This document shows positions 1-9,588 of a DNA stretch of 64,000 nucleotides, in pieces. Position numbers and translations under genes: made by a program. The notes beneath the pieces were generated by a model. The model did not search any database, was not told where the DNA came from, and saw nothing but the letters and a program-made list of their open reading frames with translations. The first letter of the stretch is position 1. Each line of letters begins with the position of its first letter. Source of the stretch: Candidatus Levyibacteriota bacterium (GTDB lineage: Bacteria; Patescibacteriota; Microgenomatia; Levybacterales; UBA12049); NCBI GenBank assembly GCA_041906785.1, contig JAYRIM010000021.1, positions 17,881 through 81,880 on the forward strand, given 5' to 3'.

Positions 1-1
1 C

Positions 2-439
2 CCAGCTCATTGGGATGAAATAGGGAAAGTTGTCGCATTAAGAGATTCGCTTAAAAAAGATACTGTTGTAATTGGTAATGGCGATATTAAATCTATTTCT
101 GAAGGAAAAAAGAAAGCAGAAGAATACGGTGTAGATGGCATTATGATAGGAAGAGGAATATTCGAGAATATCTGGGTGTTTAAAGAAGATTATGATCCTG
201 CACTTTACACACTGAAAGACAGATTAGAAGTTTTACAGAAACATCTTTCCCTCTATGAAAAAGAAACGCACAATAGATTGCCTTACCAAACATTGAAAAA
301 ATATTTTAAGATTTATATTCGAGATTTTGATGGGGCAAGTGAGTTGCGAGTAAAACTTATGGAAACGAATTCATTAGAAGAGGTATTTCCATTACTTCAT
401 CCACAGTTGGGAAGTTTATCTATGTTGAATGGGGAATGA
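2..439 (+). CDS. dus: tRNA-dihydrouridine synthase, C-terminal part (5'-truncated by window)
   Basis: Frame open from base 2: PAHWDEIG...VIGNGDI...GVDGIMIGRG, Dus family motifs. Confidence 0.85.
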   Translation, partial: PAHWDEIGKVVALRDSLKKDTVVIGNGDIKSISEGKKKAEEYGVDGIMIGRGIFENIWVFKEDYDPALYTLKDRLEVLQKHLSLYEKETHNRLPYQTLKKYFKIYIRDFDGASELRVKLMETNSLEEVFPLLHPQLGSLSMLNGE

Positions 440-655
440 AGGTGTGTTTTGTTGGTCTTTCTCTTCGTCTATTGTATAGGAATATTCGAGGTCATTTTCT
501 TTTGAGTGGAGGCGAATTGTGGAGGGTTTTATATGAGGAATATTCTTTTCATGGAACCACAACGCTTCACAAGCTTCACATAGGTAAGCTTTTTTCCCGG
601 TATCTAAAAACCGGATTTTCTTAATTTGTCCTTCACCACATTTTGGACATACCAT
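416..655 (-). CDS. small zinc-ribbon protein
   Basis: CPKC...CEAC-x-x-W zinc ribbon. Confidence 0.6.
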   Translation of the reverse strand: MVCPKCGEGQIKKIRFLDTGKKAYLCEACEALWFHEKNIPHIKPSTIRLHSKENDLEYSYTIDEEKDQQNTPSFPIQHR

Positions 656-689
656 CTTTATTAGCTTATAGCGGAGAAGATTTGATTTC

Positions 690-705
690 AGTGATATGTA
701 TCACA
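690..705. promoter_or_regulatory. CRP-like box AGTGA-N6-TCACA
   Basis: One mismatch to TGTGA-N6-TCACA, 35 bp upstream of the zinc-ribbon gene. Confidence 0.5.
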
Positions 706-708
706 TAT

Positions 709-1563
709 TTATTTTATACTTTTTTTAAACATTATGAAGCTTGTGAGAATGATAAGTAGTAAGAGTATTATTCCTGCATAAAAACCGGCATTTTGTTGAG
801 ATGTTTTATTTCTAACTATATTAGAAGCATTTTCATCATTTCTCAGCGGGACTGCAGCATAAGAGTAATATCCTTTCGTATCTTTCACACGTAAGACGAC
901 GGTTGCAAAAAATTGATCCTTAAAAGTGTGGTTTACTACGGAGCCTTTTTCTGTTTTACCATCCCCAAAACTCCAAAGATATTCAGTAATAGAAGCATTT
1001 GGTGTTGATTTCGTTCCGTCAAGTGTGACTGGATAAGTAAATGATACATTCTGAATATCTGTCGTCTTCTTTACAACTTTTCCGTTAACAGAAATAAGCG
1101 CTTTCGGAAACGCTTCGTCTGTTTTCTGAGGAACAATAGTTATAAATACAGATTCTTCAACTTTAATTGTTTCCTGATTCTCATCTTTATACACAACAGT
1201 AGCGTATGTAATATACGAACCACTGTTCTTAAACTTGTGAATCGGTGCGGATTCTTTCGAATCTGTTCCATCTCCAAAATTCCAAAGTACTGATATATCG
1301 TCGAGTTTATCTTCTGGCACTAATGATTCCAGACTTTCAGTATTAATTTCAAATTGTATTGGAGTATTCACAAGTATTGGTGTTTTTACTTCTTCTGAAG
1401 GAAGAGGGAAGCCTACTGTGGAATCATCTTCAATCTCTATGGGAAAAGCTGAAGCAGGCTGTTTATTAATAAAAAAGAAAGGTTCATGAGCAGTTCCATG
1501 AGCGAGGCTTAAGCTTGGAAAAAATAGAATTACACTTATGATAAAAAAGATAATTTTTGCCAT
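709..1563 (-). CDS. secreted, membrane-anchored protein with two PKD domains
   Basis: Signal peptide, WNFGDG and WSFGDG PKD motifs, C-terminal TM helix. Confidence 0.8.
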   Translation of the reverse strand: MAKIIFFIISVILFFPSLSLAHGTAHEPFFFINKQPASAFPIEIEDDSTVGFPLPSEEVKTPILVNTPIQFEINTESLESLVPEDKLDDISVLWNFGDGTDSKESAPIHKFKNSGSYITYATVVYKDENQETIKVEESVFITIVPQKTDEAFPKALISVNGKVVKKTTDIQNVSFTYPVTLDGTKSTPNASITEYLWSFGDGKTEKGSVVNHTFKDQFFATVVLRVKDTKGYYSYAAVPLRNDENASNIVRNKTSQQNAGFYAGIILLLLIILTSFIMFKKSIK

Positions 1564-1672
1564 TATTGTATATAATATGCAATTTTATCATATCTCCTTT
1601 ATTAAAAAACTGGTGATTTATCAGTTCTGAATCAAGAAGTTTAGAAAATAAATGACCATTTTCCTATGGGAC

Positions 1673-1772
1673 TTGACAAGTCCTGTAGTATATGATAAAC
1701 AGAGATTAGTTTCTAATTTCGCTAGACTAATTCGCTGTCTTTCCCGAATAGGAAACATGTTGCTCTTTAACA
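1673..1772 (+). promoter_or_regulatory. sigma70 promoter, hairpin and boxA antiterminator (locus 1)
   Basis: TTGACA 1673-1678, 17 bp, TG-n-TAAACA (weak -10); hairpin TTTCC-cgaata-GGAAA; TGCTCTTTAACA 1761-1772 equals the E. coli rrn boxA consensus. Confidence 0.7.
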
Positions 1773-1774
1773 AT

Positions 1775-3203
1775 AGAGTGGCATGAGAGGAGCGTTTGGA
1801 TCTAGTACCGCTGTGGCTTTTTTCTGGGAAGCGGGTTGAAGCATTTATTGAAGTTGCATAGTTCAGGAGTAATCTGAACAGGTGCAACTTTTTTTTAAGA
1901 ACTTCAATTCGCTTCCCAGAATCCGGAGAGATCTCTGGTGAAGCACAAAGTCCTTCCTCGCGATTGAGCGAGGAAAGGTCCGGTATCGATCCGGTCTTAC
2001 TGCTAGTCAACCTTCCTGGAGAAGGGCCGTCAAGGCCGCCAGAAAGAGGCAGTATGGCTTCCTACGCTCCCTGACGTTTGGGAGAGGATCGAAATCGGTC
2101 TATCGAAACGTCTTTTTTCTTCATCGGGGGTACTGCCCCCACCCGCCCCAAGGAGGCACCCATGTTCGCGCGACGCATAATGTTCGCCTTGCCGGTCATT
2201 CTGGCCGGCTTACTTGTTGCAGCCAGTATGGTTGCGACCGGAGCGCCGCCCGCCTCGGCGCAGGAACCGTCTACGGACGAACTCGTCCTCAGCTTGTCAG
2301 CCGACGAGGTTCTCGGCTACATGAGCCAGCCCGGGTGGGTTGGCGACGTCGAGGCTGTCAAGACCTCGCTTAGGCAGTCGAAGGCTGAGTCTACGGCCGT
2401 AAGCTGTTCGGAGCGTCCCAGTTTCTCTTACATCGCATTGGCTGTTGGCCCTGGTCCTGTCGTTGGAGGTCGCAAGTCCGTCATGACTGTGCGGACGTTC
2501 CGCAACCCGGATCCCAGCCTGGAGCACAGGTGGGGACCAGGTTTTGGTGGAGACTATTCGCTGACCACCAACTGCATGCAGGCGGACAATCTGGTTTCGG
2601 CTCGCTTCGTCACTGACGAAAACATGCGTGGGTCGTTCACGGCTACGTATGGGCTATATGTTCACACCACCAACCAAGCGGCGGTCGGACCGGTTACTGT
2701 TAACTACACGTATCCGTTCCAGCCTGCCGCGACGGCGACGAGCTTGCCCTACCCCGCGCCGTCACGCACGCCCGAGGCGTATCCCACCCCAACCGCCACG
2801 GTCACCCGTGGCTTCAGCGGTCAGGTGAGCACCCAGCACACCTGCCGGCAAGGTAACCCTGTACTTCGCGAAGGCATCGCGCATCCCGCGCCGTTACCCA
2901 CAGGCTTCCGGCTCTTGTGCGTCGGGCTTAACGACGCCTACCCGGTTTTCCAGCCGGTTCAGCCGCACTAACCGTGGTGGCATTCCCGGACTGTGATTGT
3001 CCAAAAACCGGGACCATGAGGTTCCCTGCCCCCGGCCGCGCAAAACGCGGCGAGACAAGCCCGCGCCAGGTGGCCGGGGGGCAGGCCCTTGGGTCTGAGA
3101 AAGAAAGAAACACATGAAGGCGTTTCAAAAAACAAAAAGAACATGCTCCAAGCGACGGAAAACCCGTACTCTTGGAGGTGCCCAAATAAACTCATGCCAC
3201 TCT
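1775..3203 (+). other. GC-rich structured transcript closed by a 13-bp terminal stem, enclosing one ORF
   Basis: AGAGTGGCATGAG 1775-1787 is the exact reverse complement of 3191-3203; nested stem 2105-2114/3117-3126; hairpin 1823-1920; GC-rich trailer hairpins 2984-3086. Confidence 0.7.
2162..2971 (+). CDS. GC-rich secreted hypothetical protein with Pro/Thr-rich linker
   Basis: AAGGAGG SD at 2150-2156; MFARRIMFALPVILAGLLVAA...ASA signal peptide; track ORF 2078-2971 trimmed to this ATG. Confidence 0.75.
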   Translation: MFARRIMFALPVILAGLLVAASMVATGAPPASAQEPSTDELVLSLSADEVLGYMSQPGWVGDVEAVKTSLRQSKAESTAVSCSERPSFSYIALAVGPGPVVGGRKSVMTVRTFRNPDPSLEHRWGPGFGGDYSLTTNCMQADNLVSARFVTDENMRGSFTATYGLYVHTTNQAAVGPVTVNYTYPFQPAATATSLPYPAPSRTPEAYPTPTATVTRGFSGQVSTQHTCRQGNPVLREGIAHPAPLPTGFRLLCVGLNDAYPVFQPVQPH

Positions 3204-3233
3204 CTGATTCTGTATTCTTGAATTACCTATTAT

Positions 3234-3347
3234 TGTCATGCTGAACTTGTTTCAGCATCTCAATTGTTAGTGGTGGGATCTTGAAACCTACCTATGTCAA
3301 GCAGGCGAGCTCCTTTGCAACGCTGAGTCCGCAAGTTCGGGATGACA
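3234..3347. repeat. REP-like palindromic element (TGTCAT...GATGACA type)
   Basis: TGTCATGCTGAACTTGTTTCAGCATCT...GGGATGACA; related copies at 19022-19115 and 52495-52571. Confidence 0.6.
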
Positions 3348-3456
3348 AATATTCGAGGATAGAGAGTTGGAGATTGACTATTATATATTGTACTTATTTC
3401 TTGTTCAGTGATTGTAATCATTTTCTACTTAGTTTACTATATTTATATACTTAAAC

Positions 3457-4863
3457 ATGCCATTAAAACCTCTACAAGTAAATACGCTTCCTGATTCCCC
3501 TTCACTAAAAAAAATAATTGGTCCCAGTTTTATCATCTTAGCTTTAGGTTTAGGTAGCGGAGAAGTTATCCTTTGGCCGTACCTGAGTTCAAATTATGGG
3601 TTAGGTATTATTTGGGGAGCGCTTCTAGGGTTAACATTTCAGTTCTTTATGAACATGGAAATAGAGCGCTATGCACTCGCGCATGGAGAAAGTGTATTCG
3701 TAGGTTTAGCAAGAAAAATACGTTTGGTTTCTTTCTGGTTTCTTTTTTCTACATTTATCCCCTGGATGTGGCCAGGCATCATAGCGTCATCTGCTAAATT
3801 CTTCGGTACGGTATTCGGATTGACGGATACAAACATACTCACTATTTTTTTATTAATATTTATTGGTACCATTCTATCGCTTGGGCCTGTCCTGTATAAG
3901 ACTGTCGAACGATTACAAAAAACAATTATTTCAATCGGCGTCCCCTCAATATTTTTATTAAGTATTTTTCTGGCTAAACCTGAAGATTGGACTACATTAG
4001 CAAAAGGTTCAATCGGTATAGGTAAAGATTTTCTATTTTTACCTGAAGGCATCGCAATTGCCTCATTTCTGGGAGCCTTAGCATATGCAGGAGCAGGAGG
4101 GAATTTAAATCTCGCACAGTCTTTCTACATTAAGGAAAAAGGATATGGAATGGGAAAATATGCAGGTAGAATCACGAGTTTATTAACAGGTAAAAACGAA
4201 GATGTTTCTTTAACTGGTAGTAGATTTGAACCCACTGAAGACAATCTTAAAAAATTTAAAATGTGGTGGAAAAATATTAATATTGAACACTTTGTCGTTT
4301 TTTGGGTAACAGGATCAATAACCATTCTTTTACTAGCATTACTCGCATATGCAACTGTCTTTGGGGATCCTGGAAATACTCAAGGAGTCAGCTTCGTCAT
4401 TCGTGAAGCACAAACAATTGGCGAACGAACCCTACCATTTGTAGGAACATTTTTCCTTCTCGTAGTTGGGACAACACTTTTCGGCACACAACTTGGTGTC
4501 TTTGATGCGACAAGCCGTATATTATCTGAAAATCTTATATTAGCGTCCTTCCACAGATTGAGCGAAAAACATTTAAGGAAGCTTTATTATATAGTTTTAT
4601 GGGCACAAATAGCAGCTGGAATAACAATCATGTTATTAGGATTTACGGAACCACTTCAGCTAGTCATTACTGCGGCTGTATTAAATGCATTTGCCATGTT
4701 TGTGCACACCGGCTTAACACTCTGGTTAAATTTTACATCTTTGCAAAAACCGATTAGGCCTTCACTGTTTCGTGTAACTTTCATGGTTTTAGCATTTCTA
4801 TTTTACGGAGGTTTTAGTATCTACACATTCTACGATCGTTTCTTAGCTACTTTTTTGAAATAA
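3457..4863 (+). CDS. Nramp-like divalent metal transporter family membrane protein
   Basis: GPSFIILALGLGSGEVILWP N-terminal motif; about 11 TM helices. Confidence 0.7.
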   Translation: MPLKPLQVNTLPDSPSLKKIIGPSFIILALGLGSGEVILWPYLSSNYGLGIIWGALLGLTFQFFMNMEIERYALAHGESVFVGLARKIRLVSFWFLFSTFIPWMWPGIIASSAKFFGTVFGLTDTNILTIFLLIFIGTILSLGPVLYKTVERLQKTIISIGVPSIFLLSIFLAKPEDWTTLAKGSIGIGKDFLFLPEGIAIASFLGALAYAGAGGNLNLAQSFYIKEKGYGMGKYAGRITSLLTGKNEDVSLTGSRFEPTEDNLKKFKMWWKNINIEHFVVFWVTGSITILLLALLAYATVFGDPGNTQGVSFVIREAQTIGERTLPFVGTFFLLVVGTTLFGTQLGVFDATSRILSENLILASFHRLSEKHLRKLYYIVLWAQIAAGITIMLLGFTEPLQLVITAAVLNAFAMFVHTGLTLWLNFTSLQKPIRPSLFRVTFMVLAFLFYGGFSIYTFYDRFLATFLK

Positions 4864-4945
4864 GGTCTTCGATTGGGAGTAATTTACTTTTGTTGTATTC
4901 AAATCTGCGATTCGATATAATATCAACGTCCTTTTTCGCATACTC

Positions 4946-5019
4946 GGCCCCATCGTCTAGTGGCCTAGGACGCAGGGCTTTCATCCCTGAAATCGCGGGT
5001 TCGACTCCCGCTGGGGTCA
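4946..5019 (+). tRNA. tRNA-Glu(TTC)
   Basis: Acceptor GGCCCCA/TGGGGTC, anticodon loop CT-TTC-AT, GGTTCGACTCC T arm; no CCA. Confidence 0.95.
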
Positions 5020-5046
5020 CTTCGGTAAGTGTAACATTCCACAGTA

Positions 5047-6108
5047 TTATTTCCTTCTGGTGTAAATATTTACAGCTCGAGATTTATCTTGTACATGGAC
5101 ATCCATTTCTCTCCAAATTCTCGGTGAGACCAATTCAGAATCTACAGCATGAACAGTAGGACGTCGAAAATCTCTATTCACTATTGTTAGAGTATCCTCA
5201 GGATGTAACTGTTTAGTTACCAATGTTCCTGTAGCACTCCGGTACGGTAAATGAGCTTTTTGTAAAGCTACCCCCCATGCTACATCGACCGTAAGTCCAG
5301 CAGCTAAACCTCGTGCAGAAATGTCTGGATTACCTGGTGCAATCATAAGCATTGTATCCTGAGACTGATCAGGTGATAATAATAACTTCGTCCATTGAGT
5401 AAATGGTGCTTTGTTGAGCGAAACCTCCGCCGCGATTATTTCCTCATCTCTATAGAATATTTCTACTGGATGAATCTTATCTCGTAAATCCGCTGCAGCG
5501 TATCCTACTGCGAGAGGACTTCGTAATATAGGATGAATCTTTCCTCGTAACATTTCAACCTTTCTTAAGGCCTCGGTAGACATTCCTCTTGATGGGGTTA
5601 AAAGCCATGAAAATAAACCTACTTTCCCCATGCTTTCGGTTTGAAATGTTCCTGGATGGATTGTTTTAATGTGGAGAGCACCTCTGACAGCGTCCTGAAG
5701 TGTTCTCGTGACGTAGGCCTTTCCTGTTTCATAGGGTAGGTTTGATTTCCCTTGAGCCCAGTGAGAAAGTGCTTGGGTATGATCTCGATCGCCAATTGTC
5801 ATTCTTCCACCTACACCTTCACCACCAAAATGTAAAAAACCCAGGACAGGCGTTTTCCCATTTATCTGTGCCAATAAATTCGCAGTATGAAATTTAGATC
5901 CATCACCAGCAAGAACGAAAAGATCATCTATTCCTGCAAGAACACCTTCATGGCCATCTTTTAATGCTTCCCATAATGTCCGAATGTCCATTGTTTCAAT
6001 ATGTGTTCCTTCTACTCCTTGTTTCTTAACTTGTTCTGCAGTTTTTTTCGCGAGGCCGTTTCCAGAGTGAACATTATGAGCTAGTAGAATCTCTCTTTCT
6101 GAAGACAT
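5047..6108 (-). CDS. diacylglycerol kinase-like protein (divergent)
   Basis: N-x-x-SGNG, LAGDGS and VDSE motifs resemble the DAGK catalytic domain. Confidence 0.5.
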   Translation of the reverse strand: MSSEREILLAHNVHSGNGLAKKTAEQVKKQGVEGTHIETMDIRTLWEALKDGHEGVLAGIDDLFVLAGDGSKFHTANLLAQINGKTPVLGFLHFGGEGVGGRMTIGDRDHTQALSHWAQGKSNLPYETGKAYVTRTLQDAVRGALHIKTIHPGTFQTESMGKVGLFSWLLTPSRGMSTEALRKVEMLRGKIHPILRSPLAVGYAAADLRDKIHPVEIFYRDEEIIAAEVSLNKAPFTQWTKLLLSPDQSQDTMLMIAPGNPDISARGLAAGLTVDVAWGVALQKAHLPYRSATGTLVTKQLHPEDTLTIVNRDFRRPTVHAVDSELVSPRIWREMDVHVQDKSRAVNIYTRRK

Positions 6109-6135
6109 GAAATGTTATTTTCTATTATACTAGAT

Positions 6136-6840
6136 TTACTCTCTTTTCTTCGGGGGATTGAGTTGTTTGGGGTGGTTTTGCTGCAATCCTTTTCGTAACG
6201 ATTCGAGAATAATCCGAGCAGTTTCTTGGCCACCGAGACCGAATGCGATGCCTCCGGCAAGCGCAATCATAGCGACAAATCCAGTAAATAGTATTCGGAT
6301 AAGATCCTGGGCTACGCCGAGCTGGTTTAATACTGCTAGCAGCACGAAAATAGTAATAGCACCTCTCGTAAGAGAAGCAATTGTTTGAGAGGCATCAGGT
6401 ACAAGATCTTTTGATGAAGCTAAAATCAAATCATATGCTATTTTTCCAGCGCCTAATCCCACGAAACCGACGAGGGCTGCAACAAAGACATTTGGTAAAT
6501 AAAGAAGAAAAGAATTAAGAATAACTGTTACTTGGCGTAATCCCCAGACATCTGCAGCTGGTATCAGGAAAAGGACGATCACAAATAACCGTGCCATTTC
6601 TGAGAGAATATTCGTCCATGAATATTCTCTTCTGGCTTCTGGTATACCATACCGGCGTAGATACCCTTCTACGTTTAAAGAAGCAAAAACTCGTAAAAAA
6701 ACTCTTTTTACGATTGATCCCAGAATAATACCGATAAGGAGAATAACGATTCCTGCTAAAAGAGTAGGGAGAAAAGCTGCGATAGCCAGTAAGGTACGGT
6801 TAAAAAAGTTTATTAAAATATCACTCAAATTCCCGCTCAT
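6136..6840 (-). CDS. TM-helix repeat / CmpX-like mechanosensitive channel-related membrane protein
   Basis: YLPNVFVA, LNQLGVA, GIAFGLGG motifs. Confidence 0.75.
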   Translation of the reverse strand: MSGNLSDILINFFNRTLLAIAAFLPTLLAGIVILLIGIILGSIVKRVFLRVFASLNVEGYLRRYGIPEARREYSWTNILSEMARLFVIVLFLIPAADVWGLRQVTVILNSFLLYLPNVFVAALVGFVGLGAGKIAYDLILASSKDLVPDASQTIASLTRGAITIFVLLAVLNQLGVAQDLIRILFTGFVAMIALAGGIAFGLGGQETARIILESLRKGLQQNHPKQLNPPKKRE

Positions 6841-7032
6841 AAACTATTATTATAAGGAAGAATTATAAGAAATATGTAAAAGAAGAGATTAGTGAGCTCG
6901 ATGTTGAAGAGTTCGAACTCTCCTGAAGAACTTGTTTCGGAATACCGAAAGCTTCACGTTCTTCTACATCTGATAGTTTGTCCCAAATCAGGACTTAAAT
7001 GCAAATTTTTCTTCAGATATCTTAATTCAGTA

Positions 7033-7728
7033 TTAAACGCTACGTTTTTTTATGACCCTGAGTAACTCGCGATAATCGTCACTCATAACTACCTCAATGT
7101 ATTCTCTTTGTTGAACGACGGTTTGAATATCAACTTTTTTTAGCATTCCAAAATCTCTTATGTCATGTTTCTCTCTTTCCTCCGGAGTTAACTGTTGATT
7201 TCTATATATTTCAATTCCTGGACTGACTATTCGGTTTTTTTCCAGCGTTGAAAAAATCCTCTCAGCCTCACTATCTTTGTCAGACAAGTACTGATATCTT
7301 GCTTTTGTTTGAGAGACAAGATAGGAGAAAATAAAAATGATTGTAGAAAAAAATAAAATGTAAATTATCGCTTGAGCCAGCGAATTCTCAGCTGTAAAGA
7401 ACAAGTAGAATAGTAAGACTGTTGACGATAGTAGAATCCAAATGATTTTTGTGGCACCAATTATAAATCGCGGTGCTGTATAATTATCAACTTTTTTCGA
7501 ACCAATCCGCCATTCTAAATATGGGTAAAAGGCAAACACAGTCCAGCTAATTGCAAAACCAAGTGTAACGGCAACAACTGAAGCTGGTACTGCTATTTTA
7601 CTGTCAATAAAGTACGAGTCAATTTCCCCCAACGGGAACAATGGAGTCAGTACAGCGATAAAAGATACTATCAACCCTAATGTTGATAATACTGGCTTAA
7701 AAAATGAGTCCTCCTTAATACTCGACAT
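7033..7728 (-). CDS. hypothetical membrane protein
   Basis: 231-aa ORF, four TM segments, next to tRNA-Lys 3' end. Confidence 0.6.
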   Translation of the reverse strand: MSSIKEDSFFKPVLSTLGLIVSFIAVLTPLFPLGEIDSYFIDSKIAVPASVVAVTLGFAISWTVFAFYPYLEWRIGSKKVDNYTAPRFIIGATKIIWILLSSTVLLFYLFFTAENSLAQAIIYILFFSTIIFIFSYLVSQTKARYQYLSDKDSEAERIFSTLEKNRIVSPGIEIYRNQQLTPEEREKHDIRDFGMLKKVDIQTVVQQREYIEVVMSDDYRELLRVIKKRSV

Positions 7729-7786
7729 GATTAGTAAATCATTGGGGTAGGAGATGTGTTAACTGATATTCATTCACTTAACTTTG

Positions 7787-7858
7787 TGAGCCGGACAGGA
7801 TTCGAACCTGTGACCAAGAGCTTAAAAGGCTCCTGCTCTACCGCTGAGCTACCGGCCC
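7787..7858 (-). tRNA. tRNA-Lys(TTT)
   Basis: Reverse complement GGGCCGGTAGCTCAGCGGTAGAGC...CT-TTT-AA...GGTTCGAATCC. Confidence 0.95.
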
Positions 7859-7924
7859 AATGAACAAAGGTATTATAACAATTCCGAACCAACGTTGACA
7901 ACAATGGTATACAATTACTTAGTT

Positions 7925-7954
7925 GTACACATCCGGTGTGTACTAGATAGACAC
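7925..7954 (-). repeat. transposase-flanking REP-like repeat, left copy
   Basis: Reverse complement GTGTCTATCTAGTACACACCGGATGTGTAC resembles 8655-8684; internal palindrome GTACAC...GTGTAC. Confidence 0.65.
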
Positions 7955-7978
7955 CTCAGGAAATGATATTGTAGAGTT

Positions 7979-8647
7979 ATGCCCTATCGTCAAATGCCTT
8001 TTGTTTCTGGAGAAATATATCATGTTTATAATAGGAGTATAGCTCGTCTACCAATTTTTAATAGAAAAAATGATTATATTCGTATACTCGACTTATTAAT
8101 GTACTATCGTTATTTAGAACTTCCTCTTAGATTTTCACATTTTAATAGATTATCTGAAGAAAGAAAAAGGCAGTACGAAGAGATTTATTTTACAAATAAA
8201 AAAAAATCGATTGATATACTTGCTTATGCTATTATGCCGAACCATCTTCATTTTCTTTTAAAGCCATATACTTTTAGTGCGATTTCAAATTTTATGCGAA
8301 ATATACAAAACGGATATGCTAAATATTACAATATAAAAAATGATAGAACAGGATCTCTTTTTCAATTCATGTTTAAGGCAAAAAGAATAGAAACAGAAGA
8401 ACAACTTATTCACGTTTCAAGATATATACATTTGAATCCCGTGACTGCATTCATTATAAATATTGATCAACTAGGTGACTATATGTGGAACTCATTTAAA
8501 GACTACCTTGAAGAATCTTCATCACTTGTGACTACTCAACAGATTCTAAATTTATTCTCTTCAAAGGAACAATATAAGAATTTTGTATATGATCAAGTTG
8601 ATTACCAACGAGAATTAGATAAGATAAAGCATTTGCTATATGAATAA
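7979..8647 (+). mobile_element. Y1 HUH transposase (RAYT / IS200-like)
   Basis: YHVYNR, MPNHLHFLL (HUH), YIHLNP motifs. Confidence 0.85.
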
Positions 8648-8652
8648 TCCTT

Positions 8653-8688
8653 ATGTGTCTATGTTGTACAAACCCGATGTGGGTTTTA
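8653..8688 (+). repeat. transposase-flanking REP-like repeat, right copy
   Basis: ATGTGTCTATGTTGTACAAACCCGATGTGGGTTTTA; close copy at 18135-18170, partial copy at 47781-47805. Confidence 0.7.
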
Positions 8689-8702
8689 GTGGGTATTATG
8701 AT

Positions 8703-9572
8703 TTAGAGCGAGGAAACGTGGTAATTGTCAAACTCAACATCCATAAAATCAGTTCGGATGCCGGCGTGGCCTTCGTCGAGAATCGCTGGTCCACCAAACT
8801 TCGTACCATCATCTACACCTTCAGCAGCGAGTTGCCAATTTCCAGAATTATCTTTATCAATATATACAGAAATGTGAACAGTATTATCACCATTAGTCCG
8901 TATTTGTGATCGCAAGCCTATCCATGTACCAGAAGGTATAAGATTTGAATGGGAAGAACTATCATATGAGCCGTCGAGGATTTTTTTACTTGCAATAGTA
9001 TAGTACGATCCATTCAATTTCTTTTTTATAACAGCTAATCCGTCTACACGGATCCCTGCATAGTAAAGCGTATCACCATTTCGGTATCTATTAAAAAAAA
9101 GAACGCCGTTTGATTGATTAAAGTTCTCACTTGAGCTGGGGTTATAAGCATTTACTTTAAAATTGATTTGTTGTTGGACATTTTTCCATGTGCCTTTCGT
9201 AACTAAGCGGAAAATATTTTGAGGTTGGAATCCTTCGTTTGTATCTTTAGGATTCGTCTGTTTATAAATCTTCTGCCATAATGATCCTTCTGGAAGTTTT
9301 CCTTGGATGGTTTTTCCAATACCATTCTCTACATAAAAAATCCCTCCTGAGTTTAGCCACCAAAAACTATTTGGGCTAATTAATAAATTTGGTGATTCTT
9401 GGAGTATCTCAGACGTATCAAAAGAGAAGGATGTTTGAGATACTTCATGTAGAACAGATTTCGTTGGCTGTATAAAACTAGTGGGAATAATTTTTTTAAT
9501 ATCCTGAGAAAAAGGAATAAAGAGAATAACAGCAAGCGAAATAAAAATGAAAGGAATCTTTGGCCACATCAT
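8703..9572 (-). CDS. secreted concanavalin/DUF1080-like beta-sandwich protein
   Basis: N-terminal TM; GHAGIRTDFMDVEFDN terminal motif; last gene of the polysaccharide operon. Confidence 0.55.
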   Translation of the reverse strand: MMWPKIPFIFISLAVILFIPFSQDIKKIIPTSFIQPTKSVLHEVSQTSFSFDTSEILQESPNLLISPNSFWWLNSGGIFYVENGIGKTIQGKLPEGSLWQKIYKQTNPKDTNEGFQPQNIFRLVTKGTWKNVQQQINFKVNAYNPSSSENFNQSNGVLFFNRYRNGDTLYYAGIRVDGLAVIKKKLNGSYYTIASKKILDGSYDSSSHSNLIPSGTWIGLRSQIRTNGDNTVHISVYIDKDNSGNWQLAAEGVDDGTKFGGPAILDEGHAGIRTDFMDVEFDNYHVSSL

Positions 9573-9588
9573 CGCTGCATTATAGCAA

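Noticed and set aside
1969-1984. GAGGAAAGGTCCGG resembles the RNase P RNA GAGGAAAGUCC motif
   Set aside because: It has an extra G, forms the 3' arm of a local hairpin, and I found no matching 3' P4 strand.
1621-2010. 129-aa minus-strand ORF and other short ORFs over locus 1 (2297-3195)
   Set aside because: They overlap the promoter, structured RNA or the better + strand ORF; long open frames are expected by chance in GC-rich DNA.
4890-5159. ORF across tRNA-Glu, and N-terminal extensions through tRNA-Cys (54709) and tRNA-His (57953)
   Set aside because: Read-through of tRNA sequence; starts reassigned to 54772 and 58016.
6890-6925. Possible att duplicate of the tRNA-Lys 3' end (GTGAG...TTCGAAC)
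   Set aside because: Similarity is short and gapped, and no integrase is present.
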